From IMG/VR virus record IMGVR_UViG_3300049164_000043, positions 1-27,729 of that record: DNA of 27,729 nucleotides, one strand, 5' to 3'. Under the pieces are notes generated by a model. That model worked only from the letters and a program-made list of their open reading frames with translations, made no database searches and was not told the DNA's origin. A program made the translations under genes and the position numbers. Positions 8,901 through 17,718 of the stretch are shown here, piece by piece; position 1 is the first letter of the stretch; the number at the start of each line of letters is the position of its first letter. The DNA is from a virus. Taxonomy: Duplodnaviria; Caudoviricetes.

Positions 8901-11400
8901 TGCCACGGGCGGCATGGTCACTCAGCGGGACGCAGCCCGGTACGGGACCCTCCCCGGCTATGCGCCGGGCGTGGACACCATTCCGGCTGTCCTCTCTCCT
9001 GGTGAGGCCGTTCTTCGGCCCGAGGTCGCCAAGGCCCTCGGTCCCTCGGTCATTGACCAGTGGAACGCCGCAGCGATGCGGGGCGAACTCAAGGGCTACG
9101 CCAAGGGCACTGCCGGCGCAGGCATCTACGACAAGCTGAGCATGGGCAGGGTCGCCAACCTCTTCAATACGACGGTTGGCTTTGCTGGTGCTGGTGACCA
9201 GGTTGACCGAAGGGTTGGGTCTACGACCTGGCCTTGGGGTGCCTGGCAAGGCGGAGGCACCGCGGGTAAGGGTGCGGCTCAGAAGTTCAGGGCCTCCCTG
9301 GACTATTTCACCAAGGATCTCCCGGACATGTTCCGTGGAAAGCCCTCTGGTTGGGGCCAGCTCGCGGGCATTATTGCCGGCGCTATGGCTCCTCAGATGG
9401 GCAAGTACTTCTGGGATGATGTCTGGAAGGGCGAGGGGAACATTCTCGAACGAGGTAAGACCTACCTCGGTCACCTCTTCAGTCCCGAATCCATCTGGGA
9501 AATGCTGAAGGGCGCTGGAAGCGGTGTTTGGGACTCCATAAAGAGTATCGGGACCCTGGCGAAGGATCTGGTGACGGATCCTATTGGGACCATCAAGGAC
9601 CAGACGAAGGCGATGATCGCTGACGTCACCGGAACTTTCGATGGATTCAAGAGTCAGATTACCGCTATTCAGGGAATCCTGAACAACCCAAGCGGGTATG
9701 CGAAGTCCGTCAAGGATGAGTTCTTCGCTCAGGCTATGGAGGCTGCTCCAAACACAGAGGGCCTCTGGGAATTCGCTAATGGTGGCATTGTCCCGGGTTA
9801 CAGCCCGGACGATGACCGCGTAAGGGCTCTCCTGTCCCCTGGTGAAGCTGTCCTCCGTCCGGAGGCTGCGAGAGCGCTTGGTGTCTCCAACATCATGGCC
9901 CTCAACAAGGCAGCGAAGAACGGGACGTTGCCCAAGGGTGACAAGTCCAAGGTCATCATCCCGGCTCCGGATGCTGAGGCCTTCAAGAAGGCCGTTGACG
10001 TCATTGAGGGGTCATTGAACGAGGGACGCAAGTCCATCGAGGCCACCAAGGAGACGTCCAACAAGGCCTGGTCCGCCACCGGTTCAGGTGTGAAGTCGTC
10101 CGTGGACTCGACCATCCGGCCGGCCATGAAGCGCATGGTGAGTGAGCAGACACAGCTTGCTCAGTCTTCGAAGTCTGGGATGAACTCGGTAAAGACCGCG
10201 GTCTCTTCCGCAGCTTCGGGAACCTCGAAGTCCTTTGGAGAAATGAAGGGCGGACTGAAGTCCCTGGAGGGCTCCTTCAGCAATTCCCAGAAGAATATTG
10301 GCAAGTCCATGGGACGTATCCCTTCCTCGGTCAAGTCCAACGTTCGGGATGCTGTCGACTTCATCCAGCGGGCCATGATTTCACCGGTCAACAGCAAGCT
10401 CCTGGGGCCGGCCAAGCTCAGCAAGATCGGCAACCTTCCACAGTACGCAACAGGCGGTGTCGTTCCGGGCTATGCGCCTGGAAAGGACAGCGTCCTTGCC
10501 ATGCTGTCTCCGGGTGAGTCGATCCTGCGGCCTGAGGTCACTAAGGCTCTGGGAGAGAACACGGTCCACGCCCTGAACCAGGCAGCCATGAAGGGGCGTC
10601 TACCGGCCTTCGCCTCTGGTGGTGTGGTCGGTAGCTGGGATGACGCTATCCCGGGCATGTTCTCGGACACCGCGGGCCCCATCCTGAAGAACCTCGTTGA
10701 GGGCTATCTGAAGGGTGGGAACACGTGGCCTGCCCGGACTGGTGGAGTCGGGGTCAAGAGGTCCGCTACGGCCATTGAGTCGATCCTTGAGACCAAGGAC
10801 AAGTCCTTCATGGACACCATGATGTCTCCAGTCGGGGACATGGTGAAGCGCTGGACTCCTCTCGTGCAAAGGGTCCTGAAGGAACTCGGAATCTCCCTAA
10901 AGCACACGGCTCTGATTCTCCATCGCATCCGTGTGGAGTCGGGGGGTAACCCGAAGGCAATCAACAACTGGGACATCAATGCCAAGAACGGCATCAACTC
11001 CCGGGGCCTGATGCAGACCATTCCGAGCACCTTCGCCGCGTACGCCGGCCCGTACAAGAAGCTGGGGATTTACAACCCCCTTGCCAGCATTTATGCCGGC
11101 GTCAACTATGCAACCCATCGGTATGGAAAGAACTGGACCAGGGCCCTTTCCGGCACTCAGGGTTATTGGACTGGAACGCTTTCTGCGTCTCCGGGCCTGG
11201 CCCTCGTCGGTGAACGAGGCCCTGAGCTGGTGAACTTCAAGGGTGGGGAGAGGGTCTACAACAACCAGGAAACGGAAGACATGTTGGGCAGTGGACGCCC
11301 GATTTCCGTGACCGTTCAGGAGGCCAAGCACGAAACCACGCCTCAGGCGATCCTTCGAGGTTTCCAGTGGATTGACGCCATGTATGGAAACCGGCTCTAA
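5917..11400 (+). CDS. Tape measure protein with C-terminal lytic transglycosylase (SLT) domain
   Basis: 1827 aa, GGAGG RBS, VGSGYIEV start motif, long coiled coils, ESGGNPKAINNWD...GLMQTI transglycosylase motif. Confidence 0.95.
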   Translation: MATTGSGRGPIKVGSGYIEVFPKIDQKRLREARAQLEKQMGASGKRAGKALSEGISTQLANVPKKVAQASQKAQKELQKGAEDSKKVLKRIEQEITAAHGKEAGKRFREAAELEKKKKKLLEGTSAETRRALQTTLREEQAAARTTAQAWQTAERERIRFIQDRQRAAERAAREEAAAQRRAQQQMREEIRRTLAEARTARLADLRAQMDGHRDQATALRNQLRDYRRQMQDHQRSIGRGLTDLRTGWRRQGEAIERLGTNITETGRLVTMNLLGPLGAVSTMLSTIGVKSADMRILGQMGLSAAGVSKQTSAKQMFDLQQYAINTPFSIDTMHEYQMKLIRSIAGNDNEWYKKNTKGKAANRAAEKTTDIIMAIGDTMARAGNLDPEMFKRAMYATDRIMDMDKAPTRNINQLVQATGIPAGELARMFGFSTAGDFWKQVGTPVAKGGGISGQDMINNLLRGWDPNYFVMGKDGKPKIDPKTGQPIVNQGAHSTAGGSLGYGEKMTSATITGRISQLKERAQYELGSLFATEDEKTGEYKYTGLGQAIMGKATGKDDNGNTIYEGGLLQKVQELGGDQKDNVSTLLQTFFSAIGTFVDQIQWFSDWLNAHPQVKEVFANLLKMAAAALPFIIAMGLLTKTFGKLNKILAAALSPLAGMFKSMQGAVRTGRQVRAGMQARREGGSFREGYRDRRTELRGGDSRGPLARTRDRATGRNSNLDNLRGQVRDTEDAIRQTEESITDLQRQIREVNSVSIRQLVDRFAGTGNSSLQGAAQGAGGQVNNVTTQVNQLNRAGLGTVSGEVNGLQEKVRNLLQGVRDVNSSVESLDGKKLTSFKVSIDGAHGTVTDLKNKIDDTAHSVGQLNGKGLGSLREQFQDTTKTASSTEKKVKDVRSRVTSLNGAGLGSVRKQFSQLTSAANETYKTVGTTKSGVNGRITTLNGRSLKSITKQVNDLKGALDGAADKAGSLNSGIRDVNSNSSLGGNGGGKGKGKRSATGGMVTQRDAARYGTLPGYAPGVDTIPAVLSPGEAVLRPEVAKALGPSVIDQWNAAAMRGELKGYAKGTAGAGIYDKLSMGRVANLFNTTVGFAGAGDQVDRRVGSTTWPWGAWQGGGTAGKGAAQKFRASLDYFTKDLPDMFRGKPSGWGQLAGIIAGAMAPQMGKYFWDDVWKGEGNILERGKTYLGHLFSPESIWEMLKGAGSGVWDSIKSIGTLAKDLVTDPIGTIKDQTKAMIADVTGTFDGFKSQITAIQGILNNPSGYAKSVKDEFFAQAMEAAPNTEGLWEFANGGIVPGYSPDDDRVRALLSPGEAVLRPEAARALGVSNIMALNKAAKNGTLPKGDKSKVIIPAPDAEAFKKAVDVIEGSLNEGRKSIEATKETSNKAWSATGSGVKSSVDSTIRPAMKRMVSEQTQLAQSSKSGMNSVKTAVSSAASGTSKSFGEMKGGLKSLEGSFSNSQKNIGKSMGRIPSSVKSNVRDAVDFIQRAMISPVNSKLLGPAKLSKIGNLPQYATGGVVPGYAPGKDSVLAMLSPGESILRPEVTKALGENTVHALNQAAMKGRLPAFASGGVVGSWDDAIPGMFSDTAGPILKNLVEGYLKGGNTWPARTGGVGVKRSATAIESILETKDKSFMDTMMSPVGDMVKRWTPLVQRVLKELGISLKHTALILHRIRVESGGNPKAINNWDINAKNGINSRGLMQTIPSTFAAYAGPYKKLGIYNPLASIYAGVNYATHRYGKNWTRALSGTQGYWTGTLSASPGLALVGERGPELVNFKGGERVYNNQETEDMLGSGRPISVTVQEAKHETTPQAILRGFQWIDAMYGNRL

Positions 11401-11415
11401 GAAAGAGGTGGACGT

Positions 11416-12435
11416 ATGCCTATTCCGGTGCTACGGAGGCCATCAACGGGACCCGTCCCAACGGGCCCTCAGCCTCCTCAACCGGTGCACTGGGGGCGGA
11501 CGTACGTGTCCATCCAAGGGAAGAACGGTGAGGGGGAGGAGATCCCCCTCACCAACTTCTCCAACTCTCGTTGGCCGGGCATTGTGATGATGCCCGGTGC
11601 GACGGGTTTGGACGCGCCTCCCTTCGAGCTGCATGCAGATGACAGTCCCAACCTGGACGGTGGGATCTTCCGAGATGCCAGGGCTGTTGCACGAGAGATC
11701 ATGCTGCCTATCTACCTGCACGGGATCGACCGGAGGACCATCCGGGATCTGAAGAGCCGTCTCGTCTCGAACCTGAATCCCAAGAAGGGATTCTGTGTCC
11801 TCAAGTTCATTGAGGGTGATGCAGTACCGCGGTACCTCCGCTGTTACTACAAGAGCGGCATGGAAGGTAGCGAAGCCGTGGACCAGGCCGGCTTCACCTG
11901 GAAGAAGTTCGGGATCCAACTCACTGCCTACGATCCGTGGTTCTACTCGGATGACATACAGGTTGCTCAATGGGATTTCGGTGGAGGAGAACCCTTCCTC
12001 TCCACCACGGAAGCCTTCTACCCTCTTCGGCTCAACGCCGGCATGGTGTCCGGCTCTGAAGTCATCGTTCAGAACCCTGGCGATGTAGAAGCGTGGCCCC
12101 GCTGGGAACTGACCGGCCCCATCAAGGGATTCAACTTTGAGAGTCCTGAGTTCGAACTTCCGAACGGTACAAAGACGAAGTCCTCATTCGGTGTAACTGC
12201 CCCTGGAGATGGCTCCAACACCATCCCTGGTGGTCGCACTCTCACTGTCGACACACGACCAGGATTCAAGTCCCTGAGGGATGACCTGGGCACCAACTAC
12301 TGGCCCGAATTGGCCCCCAACCCCCAACTTTGGGCGATACCGGAAGGCGAGTCGACATGCACCGTGGACATCGTCCCCGGGTCTTCCACAGCAAAGGTGA
12401 GGCTGGTCTTCCAGCCGAGATACGAGGGCTACTGA
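11416..12435 (+). CDS. Distal tail protein (Dit)-like minor tail protein
   Basis: Follows tape measure; LTAYDPWFY, NPGDVEAWPRW and LWAIPEG motifs. Confidence 0.85.
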   Translation: MPIPVLRRPSTGPVPTGPQPPQPVHWGRTYVSIQGKNGEGEEIPLTNFSNSRWPGIVMMPGATGLDAPPFELHADDSPNLDGGIFRDARAVAREIMLPIYLHGIDRRTIRDLKSRLVSNLNPKKGFCVLKFIEGDAVPRYLRCYYKSGMEGSEAVDQAGFTWKKFGIQLTAYDPWFYSDDIQVAQWDFGGGEPFLSTTEAFYPLRLNAGMVSGSEVIVQNPGDVEAWPRWELTGPIKGFNFESPEFELPNGTKTKSSFGVTAPGDGSNTIPGGRTLTVDTRPGFKSLRDDLGTNYWPELAPNPQLWAIPEGESTCTVDIVPGSSTAKVRLVFQPRYEGY

Positions 12436-12436
12436 T

Positions 12437-13828
12437 ATGGGATACAGGATCGAGGTACGTGATAAGGAGCTGAACCGAATAGGAGAGATTGACACCTGGA
12501 TCCAGCTTGACATGGTGATCCAGTTCTGTGATCAGGGCTCTTGGAAGCTCCTGGTCAAGGCTGGCACCCCGCAAGCTGAGCTTCTCCAGAGAGGTGGCGG
12601 AGTCGCCATCTACCAGGATGGTGTTGAGAAGCCGATCCTGACGGGCCAGATTGAGGACTTTCAGAAGTACTGGACCGTCCAGCAACACTCCTCGGTGGGC
12701 TCCGTTTTCGTCGGGGGCAAGACGGACAACAAACTTGCCTTCTCCCGACTGGCCTTTGTGGACCCCACACTTCCTGTATCTCAGCAGTATTCAGCCAAGA
12801 ACGACGCACGCCCCGTATTCAAGTCCACGGGCCGGCTCATCTGGTACGAGATGGAAAAGGCCCTGGGCGCAACAGCCCTGGTAAACCGTCGGGTGGCCGG
12901 CTTCAACTCTGGTCCTGAGCCGTCCTCGTTGGGCGTCCCGAAGGTTGACACCCTTCGATATGACGTCATAGGCGAGAAGCTTGCTGTCTGGTGCAGTGAC
13001 AAGAAGACGGGTTGGAGACTGCTGTACAACCCCAACACCAGGTCAATCGACCTGGACGTCTACCAGCCACGGGACCTCTCCAAGTCAGTCCGCCTCTCCC
13101 CCGAGCTGGGGAACCTGCGTGAGTACATCTGGACCCTGTCCGCCCCCAAGGTGACTCGGGTCATTGTGGCTTGCCAGGGTGAAGGCAAGGAACGCTACAT
13201 CTGGCAGAAGATCGACCCCGTTTCGGAGGCTGAGTGGGGCCTCCAGATTGAGCAGTTCGTTGACCGTAGGGACGTTCCCCTCAAGACAAGCAAGACAGGG
13301 CAACCTGAGCTGGTCACCAAGATTGACGAGTCCCATCAGTGGGACGACATCGGGACCAACCCGAATGGGCAGGAATGGACACCAGAACTTGCCGCGGCAA
13401 AGGCTGCTTACGAGGCGGCTGTTGCTGCTGGAGACCCCGACACTGACCCAGAATACGATGCAGTAATTGCAGCCATTGAGGCTGCCAAGCCGGTTGCCGT
13501 TGCTTACTACTTGGACGTCATTGAGCAGGCCGCGGACGAGATCCTCAAAGAGGGCGAGAAGTCCGGCAACTTTCAGATCTACCCCATTGACACAGAACAG
13601 ATCAAGTTTGGCCGGGATTACTTTGTTGGTGACCTTGTGACCGTCGAAATCGATGGCACGGAATATGTGGACATGGTCCGCGAAGTCAACATCACTGTTG
13701 ATGACGGAGGCAACGCCCTGACCGTGGCTCCGAAGATCGGTGAGCAAGGAAGTGGTGACCCTCTGAACCTCTACAAGACTGTTTTCGAGATGCGCGAGAA
13801 GCTCCGCAAACTGGAAGCGAGGATGTAA
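12437..13828 (+). CDS. Minor tail/baseplate hub protein (ReqiPepy6 Gp37-like)
   Basis: IVACQGEGKER, IEQFVDRRD and FGRDYFVGDLVTV motifs; follows Dit. Confidence 0.8.
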   Translation: MGYRIEVRDKELNRIGEIDTWIQLDMVIQFCDQGSWKLLVKAGTPQAELLQRGGGVAIYQDGVEKPILTGQIEDFQKYWTVQQHSSVGSVFVGGKTDNKLAFSRLAFVDPTLPVSQQYSAKNDARPVFKSTGRLIWYEMEKALGATALVNRRVAGFNSGPEPSSLGVPKVDTLRYDVIGEKLAVWCSDKKTGWRLLYNPNTRSIDLDVYQPRDLSKSVRLSPELGNLREYIWTLSAPKVTRVIVACQGEGKERYIWQKIDPVSEAEWGLQIEQFVDRRDVPLKTSKTGQPELVTKIDESHQWDDIGTNPNGQEWTPELAAAKAAYEAAVAAGDPDTDPEYDAVIAAIEAAKPVAVAYYLDVIEQAADEILKEGEKSGNFQIYPIDTEQIKFGRDYFVGDLVTVEIDGTEYVDMVREVNITVDDGGNALTVAPKIGEQGSGDPLNLYKTVFEMREKLRKLEARM

Positions 13829-14887
13829 ATGGCAGAAACTAGCTACCCGTTTGCCGAGGACACTGCTGGTGGCGGATCGAAAATGGTCTCTCAGGTTCAG
13901 TGGCAGCAGATGTCACATCTGTGGGCCTCGGACCGAATTGACTTCCAGCTTGTCAACTCTAGTTACTCCCAGAGCGCACTTCCCTTCTATGCCTCATTCA
14001 GTGGATCCAACATCATCATTCAGCCTGGCGCGGCTTGGATTGGAGGCTTCTACTACAAGCTCGACGCTCCTTACACGATGACGACCCCCACGAACAATGG
14101 GTCCCTTCCCAGGAATGACATCATCGTCCTGCGCCTGGACATGGCTACGGGCTCGGTCAACCTCGCCAAGAAGACAGGTACTCCGTCCAGCTCACCGAAG
14201 GATCCCCTTCCTCAGAGGACTCCTGGTGGTGTCTGGGAAATGCCTCTCTGGGCCATCACCCTTGCTCCGAACAACGGAGACAGGGACCTTAGTGACCGTA
14301 GGCGCTTCGATGGCCCTGGACGTGTCTTTGCTCCCCTCAACGCAGGATGGGTCTCCGAAAGTCTCCCTTCGGGTCAATTCCTGGTCGATATGGACGTCAA
14401 CAACAACGACACCCAGTATGAAGGTTTCCGCGGCAGAGACGGCTTCATGGTTGCGCGCCACTTGGGCAGACGACGGGAATACACCCCGGACCTCTTCACC
14501 GTCTCGAACAAGCCGGCCTCCGCCAACCGCAAGGGGTATTGGAGGTACACCGCTCCGGGAACGGTGCAGTTCTCCATAAAGATCAGCAACACGAGCACAA
14601 AGGCAGTGACTACCACTGCATGGTCTATCGGCTTCACTTTGCCAGTTCCCACGTCCAAGGCTGCGCCTACGGTCCTTTACGGGTTCCTGGACAATCCCGA
14701 AAAGAGGGACGGCTTCCCCAACTTCGTCCAGATCGTTGCGAAGAACGAAGGTGGAGGCAACCAGAACTGTTACCTCCACTATCCCAACCCCGTCAGCCTC
14801 AAGGAGGGTCTCGATGGCCTGAAGACCATTCCTGGTAAGTCAGTGCTGACTATCACGGGAGCGTACGAGACGAACGACTTTGATTAA
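13829..14887 (+). CDS. Minor tail protein
   Basis: MAETSYPF start, PGAAWIGG and LPRNDIIVLRLD...WEMPL motifs typical of actinophage baseplate proteins. Confidence 0.8.
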   Translation: MAETSYPFAEDTAGGGSKMVSQVQWQQMSHLWASDRIDFQLVNSSYSQSALPFYASFSGSNIIIQPGAAWIGGFYYKLDAPYTMTTPTNNGSLPRNDIIVLRLDMATGSVNLAKKTGTPSSSPKDPLPQRTPGGVWEMPLWAITLAPNNGDRDLSDRRRFDGPGRVFAPLNAGWVSESLPSGQFLVDMDVNNNDTQYEGFRGRDGFMVARHLGRRREYTPDLFTVSNKPASANRKGYWRYTAPGTVQFSIKISNTSTKAVTTTAWSIGFTLPVPTSKAAPTVLYGFLDNPEKRDGFPNFVQIVAKNEGGGNQNCYLHYPNPVSLKEGLDGLKTIPGKSVLTITGAYETNDFD

Positions 14888-14901
14888 TAGAAGGGGCTCA
14901 C

Positions 14902-17298
14902 ATGGCTCGAAATCTTTTTGGTGGGTCTGCCGCAGATGTGGCTGAGGACGTTGACGGGTCCCGAGTCCCTGACGCAACCGGTCTTGTCTATGACGGCCCT
15001 AGCCCAACAGCGACACAGCTAACTGACCTCCTGGACGCTTCCGGGAACCCCATAATCAACCTCACCTCTGACACACAGGGAATGGTGGGGCATTTTTACG
15101 GCCCTGACGGGGTCACACTTGTTTACGCTGACTTCGGCGCCGGCCGTGTAGCCATGACCCCAGTGAACACGGCCGGTCTCCTCGCTACGCACCTCACAGC
15201 GGACGACCCTCACGGCACCAAGGCTGATGCTCTTGCTGAGGTCGCTGCACAGAAGGGCGCAGCCAACGGCATTGCGACTCTGGACGCCTTCGGCCGGGTA
15301 CCCTCCAACCAGCTTCCCTCCTCGGGAGGTGGCGGAGGCACCTCGGTCTTCATCAACGTCAAGGACAACCCATACGGGGCAGCCGGTAACGGTGTCACGC
15401 TCGACGACGAAGCCATTGCTGCTGCCGTTGATGCAGCCAACTATGGGGATATCGTCTACTTCCCTCCGGGCGTCTATCTCATATCCCAGCCGATTGACCT
15501 CTTCAAGCGAGGTGTGACCTTGAGGGGATCGCACTCCAACCTCATGGTTGGGCCTGGGATGGTGGCTGACGAGTGGCCTTGCTACCTCCAGGCCGCTCCT
15601 ACGTTCACCACTGGGGCGATGATCGTCATTGTTGGTGAGGACGATGGTGACCACCCTGCCCTCAACGGAGAGCAGCGGATCGAAAACCTCATGCTGGACG
15701 GATCGAAGGTCACCACCGGCAACCTCGATGGCATTTACGCCAAGGGCAACGTCCAGAACGTTGTGATGAGGGACGTCTGTGTGCGGCAGATGCCGAACAA
15801 CGGCATCATCACCGCGGGCAACGCTACAGACCAGTGGCCATACTCCTGGCGCCTGCACTCGGTCATGGTCGACAACTGTCACGCCAACGGGCTCGTCTTC
15901 GAGCGAAACACAGACCTCACTCTTGAGGACGTCCAGGTCATTGGTTGCTGGGCTACGGGCATCAAGCTGACCAACTGTGCCAACACGATCGTCACTCACA
16001 GCCGGGCGGAGTGGTGTGGCAACTACGGCTTCCACCTCACTGGAGGCTGGGGGAACTGGCCCGGTAGCGGATCCATGCTGATGTCTGCCTGTGAGACCGA
16101 CCGTAACGGCTGGGATGGGGTGAAGGTAGACGCCAGTGGAAACGGCGCCTTCCTCATCCAGGGCCTCATGACCCGAAGGGACGGCCGCAACGGTGGTCCT
16201 GGTGGTGGAGGCTACGCCGGCCTGAGCCTCTCGAATCAGGCTCCAGTCGTTGTCAACGGTGTCACCTGCTACGTGGGCACGGACGATGCAGGTACCGCAG
16301 GAACCAGCCCTCAGTACGGCGTCAAGGTCTCGAACGCCAGAGACGTAATGCTGGACAACGCGATCCTGCACGCTGCCACTCAGGGCTACTTCACTGAGGG
16401 GACGAACCAGCGGATCCTTGTCGGCCCCAACGTCATGACTGTGGCCGGCAACAACTTCTCCGAGGACCGTCAGTTCCTCCCGGCAGACCTTCGAGAGATC
16501 ATCGCTACTGCGCTGACAGTGAACAGCACCAAGCGTGGTGGGTTCATCAAGACCACCTCTTCCCTGGACCACGCTCTGACTGTCTACCAGGCAGCCACGT
16601 CCGGTGTAGACGTGGCCGTTGCTCTGAACGTCGTCTCTGACAACCCCGAGTCGAGTGCCATGTACCTCTCTGGCAAGGAGCTGAACCGAGGCACTCTGAA
16701 GGTGACACACGCCAAGCCGGCTGCTGACGACTCCGGGGCCGCGGCTCTGTCGGTCGACCTCGTTGGGGCTGGTACTGCTGCACAGGGTCTCTTCATCAAC
16801 TCGACCATCGAGCGGGCAGACGGTGAGCTGGGTACCACCGGGAACTTGATCACGGTGAGGAACACCAAGGGCAAGGACGACTTCGTACTCAAGGCGAATG
16901 GCCGCCTGGCCATGGGCGGAGCTGTCGGCTACAACCCCACAGCCATGATTGATCTACGGATGCCCAGCACTGCTGTGCCGGCCCTAATCGTCAGGGCCGC
17001 CGGGGCCACTGGAGCCAACCTCACTGAGTGGCAGAGGAGTTCAGACGGCTCTGTCCGTACTCGGATCTCCCCCACTGGACAGCTCGTCACCCTCGAAACG
17101 CTCTACGCGGCTGGTGTCGGTCTCCAGGTGGGAGGTACTTCGTCCACCGCAGGCGGAGGCAGCGGAGTCCTGGGACTGACCAATGCAACTACGGTTCCGA
17201 ACGCCACTCCTACCGGCGGTGGTGTTCTGTACGCCGAAGGTGGCGCCCTCAAGTGGCGAGGCTCAAACGGCACGATCACCGTTATCGCGCCTGCATAG
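14902..17298 (+). CDS. Tail fibre/tailspike with pectate-lyase-like beta-helix and HylP-like domain
   Basis: NVKDNPYGAAGNGVTLDDEAI...VYFPPGVYLIS beta-helix cap; ALNVVSDN...GTLKVTH...AAALSVDL...TAAQGLFINST resembles streptococcal phage hyaluronidase; GGVLYAEGGALKWRGSNGT C-terminal motif. Confidence 0.8.
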   Translation: MARNLFGGSAADVAEDVDGSRVPDATGLVYDGPSPTATQLTDLLDASGNPIINLTSDTQGMVGHFYGPDGVTLVYADFGAGRVAMTPVNTAGLLATHLTADDPHGTKADALAEVAAQKGAANGIATLDAFGRVPSNQLPSSGGGGGTSVFINVKDNPYGAAGNGVTLDDEAIAAAVDAANYGDIVYFPPGVYLISQPIDLFKRGVTLRGSHSNLMVGPGMVADEWPCYLQAAPTFTTGAMIVIVGEDDGDHPALNGEQRIENLMLDGSKVTTGNLDGIYAKGNVQNVVMRDVCVRQMPNNGIITAGNATDQWPYSWRLHSVMVDNCHANGLVFERNTDLTLEDVQVIGCWATGIKLTNCANTIVTHSRAEWCGNYGFHLTGGWGNWPGSGSMLMSACETDRNGWDGVKVDASGNGAFLIQGLMTRRDGRNGGPGGGGYAGLSLSNQAPVVVNGVTCYVGTDDAGTAGTSPQYGVKVSNARDVMLDNAILHAATQGYFTEGTNQRILVGPNVMTVAGNNFSEDRQFLPADLREIIATALTVNSTKRGGFIKTTSSLDHALTVYQAATSGVDVAVALNVVSDNPESSAMYLSGKELNRGTLKVTHAKPAADDSGAAALSVDLVGAGTAAQGLFINSTIERADGELGTTGNLITVRNTKGKDDFVLKANGRLAMGGAVGYNPTAMIDLRMPSTAVPALIVRAAGATGANLTEWQRSSDGSVRTRISPTGQLVTLETLYAAGVGLQVGGTSSTAGGGSGVLGLTNATTVPNATPTGGGVLYAEGGALKWRGSNGTITVIAPA

Positions 17299-17311
17299 TT
17301 GATTCGAGACC
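17298..17311 (+). promoter_or_regulatory. 14-bp repeat GTTGATTCGAGACC, copy 2
   Basis: Exact copy overlapping the tail fibre TAG stop, preceded by GCGC-N7. Confidence 0.85.
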
Positions 17312-17319
17312 AATACGTC

Positions 17320-17352
17320 AAGGGCCCTCTTCCGAGAGGGCCCTTTGGCTTT
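17320..17352 (+). terminator. Terminator-like hairpin after the tail genes
   Basis: AAGGGCCCTCT-TCCG-AGAGGGCCCTT, perfect 11-bp stem with an interrupted T tail. Confidence 0.7.
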
Positions 17353-17415
17353 CGCGCGAGTCACTTACGGGGGTTTTTAGTCAAGGGCAGGCACTTGCGC
17401 GCGAGTCACATATGG
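17353..17415 (+). repeat. 18-bp motif CGCGCGAGTCACTTACGG, two copies (17353-17370; variant 17398-17415)
   Basis: Copies are 45 bp apart; second reads CGCGCGAGTCACATATGG; third, exact copy at 18860. Confidence 0.8.
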
Positions 17416-17433
17416 GGGAGGGACCTCAGACTC

Positions 17434-17718
17434 ATGCTTGAAATTCTCAATTACGGAGGGGTCCTCGCCGGCGTTGCTGGTGCGATCTCCCTGATTGTCG
17501 CGTCCGTACGAACCAACTCCATTCGAGCCAACTCGGCTCGCATTTGGCGTGAGGAAGCAGAGGCACAGAAGACGCGTGCCGACCGCCTCTTTGGTGAGCT
17601 GGAAGAAATTAAGAATCGACTCACCCACCTGGAGGGCTACAACGCAACCTTGGTTGCTCTCCTGTCGACTATCGACCCACAGAAGCTCGAAGAGCTTCGG
17701 ATGAACAGGGGGCTCTAA
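17434..17718 (+). CDS. Lysis-associated membrane protein (N-terminal TM plus coiled coil)
   Basis: GGGAGG RBS before ATG 17434, hydrophobic GVLAGVAGAISLIVASV segment, TAATG coupling to endolysin. Confidence 0.7.
   Translation: MLEILNYGGVLAGVAGAISLIVASVRTNSIRANSARIWREEAEAQKTRADRLFGELEEIKNRLTHLEGYNATLVALLSTIDPQKLEELRMNRGL

Noticed and set aside
7876-9474. 532-aa minus-strand ORF
   Set aside because: Antisense shadow of the tape measure gene, expected from high-GC codon bias; no recognisable motifs.
15019-16710. 563-aa minus-strand ORF
   Set aside because: Antisense shadow of the tail fibre gene.
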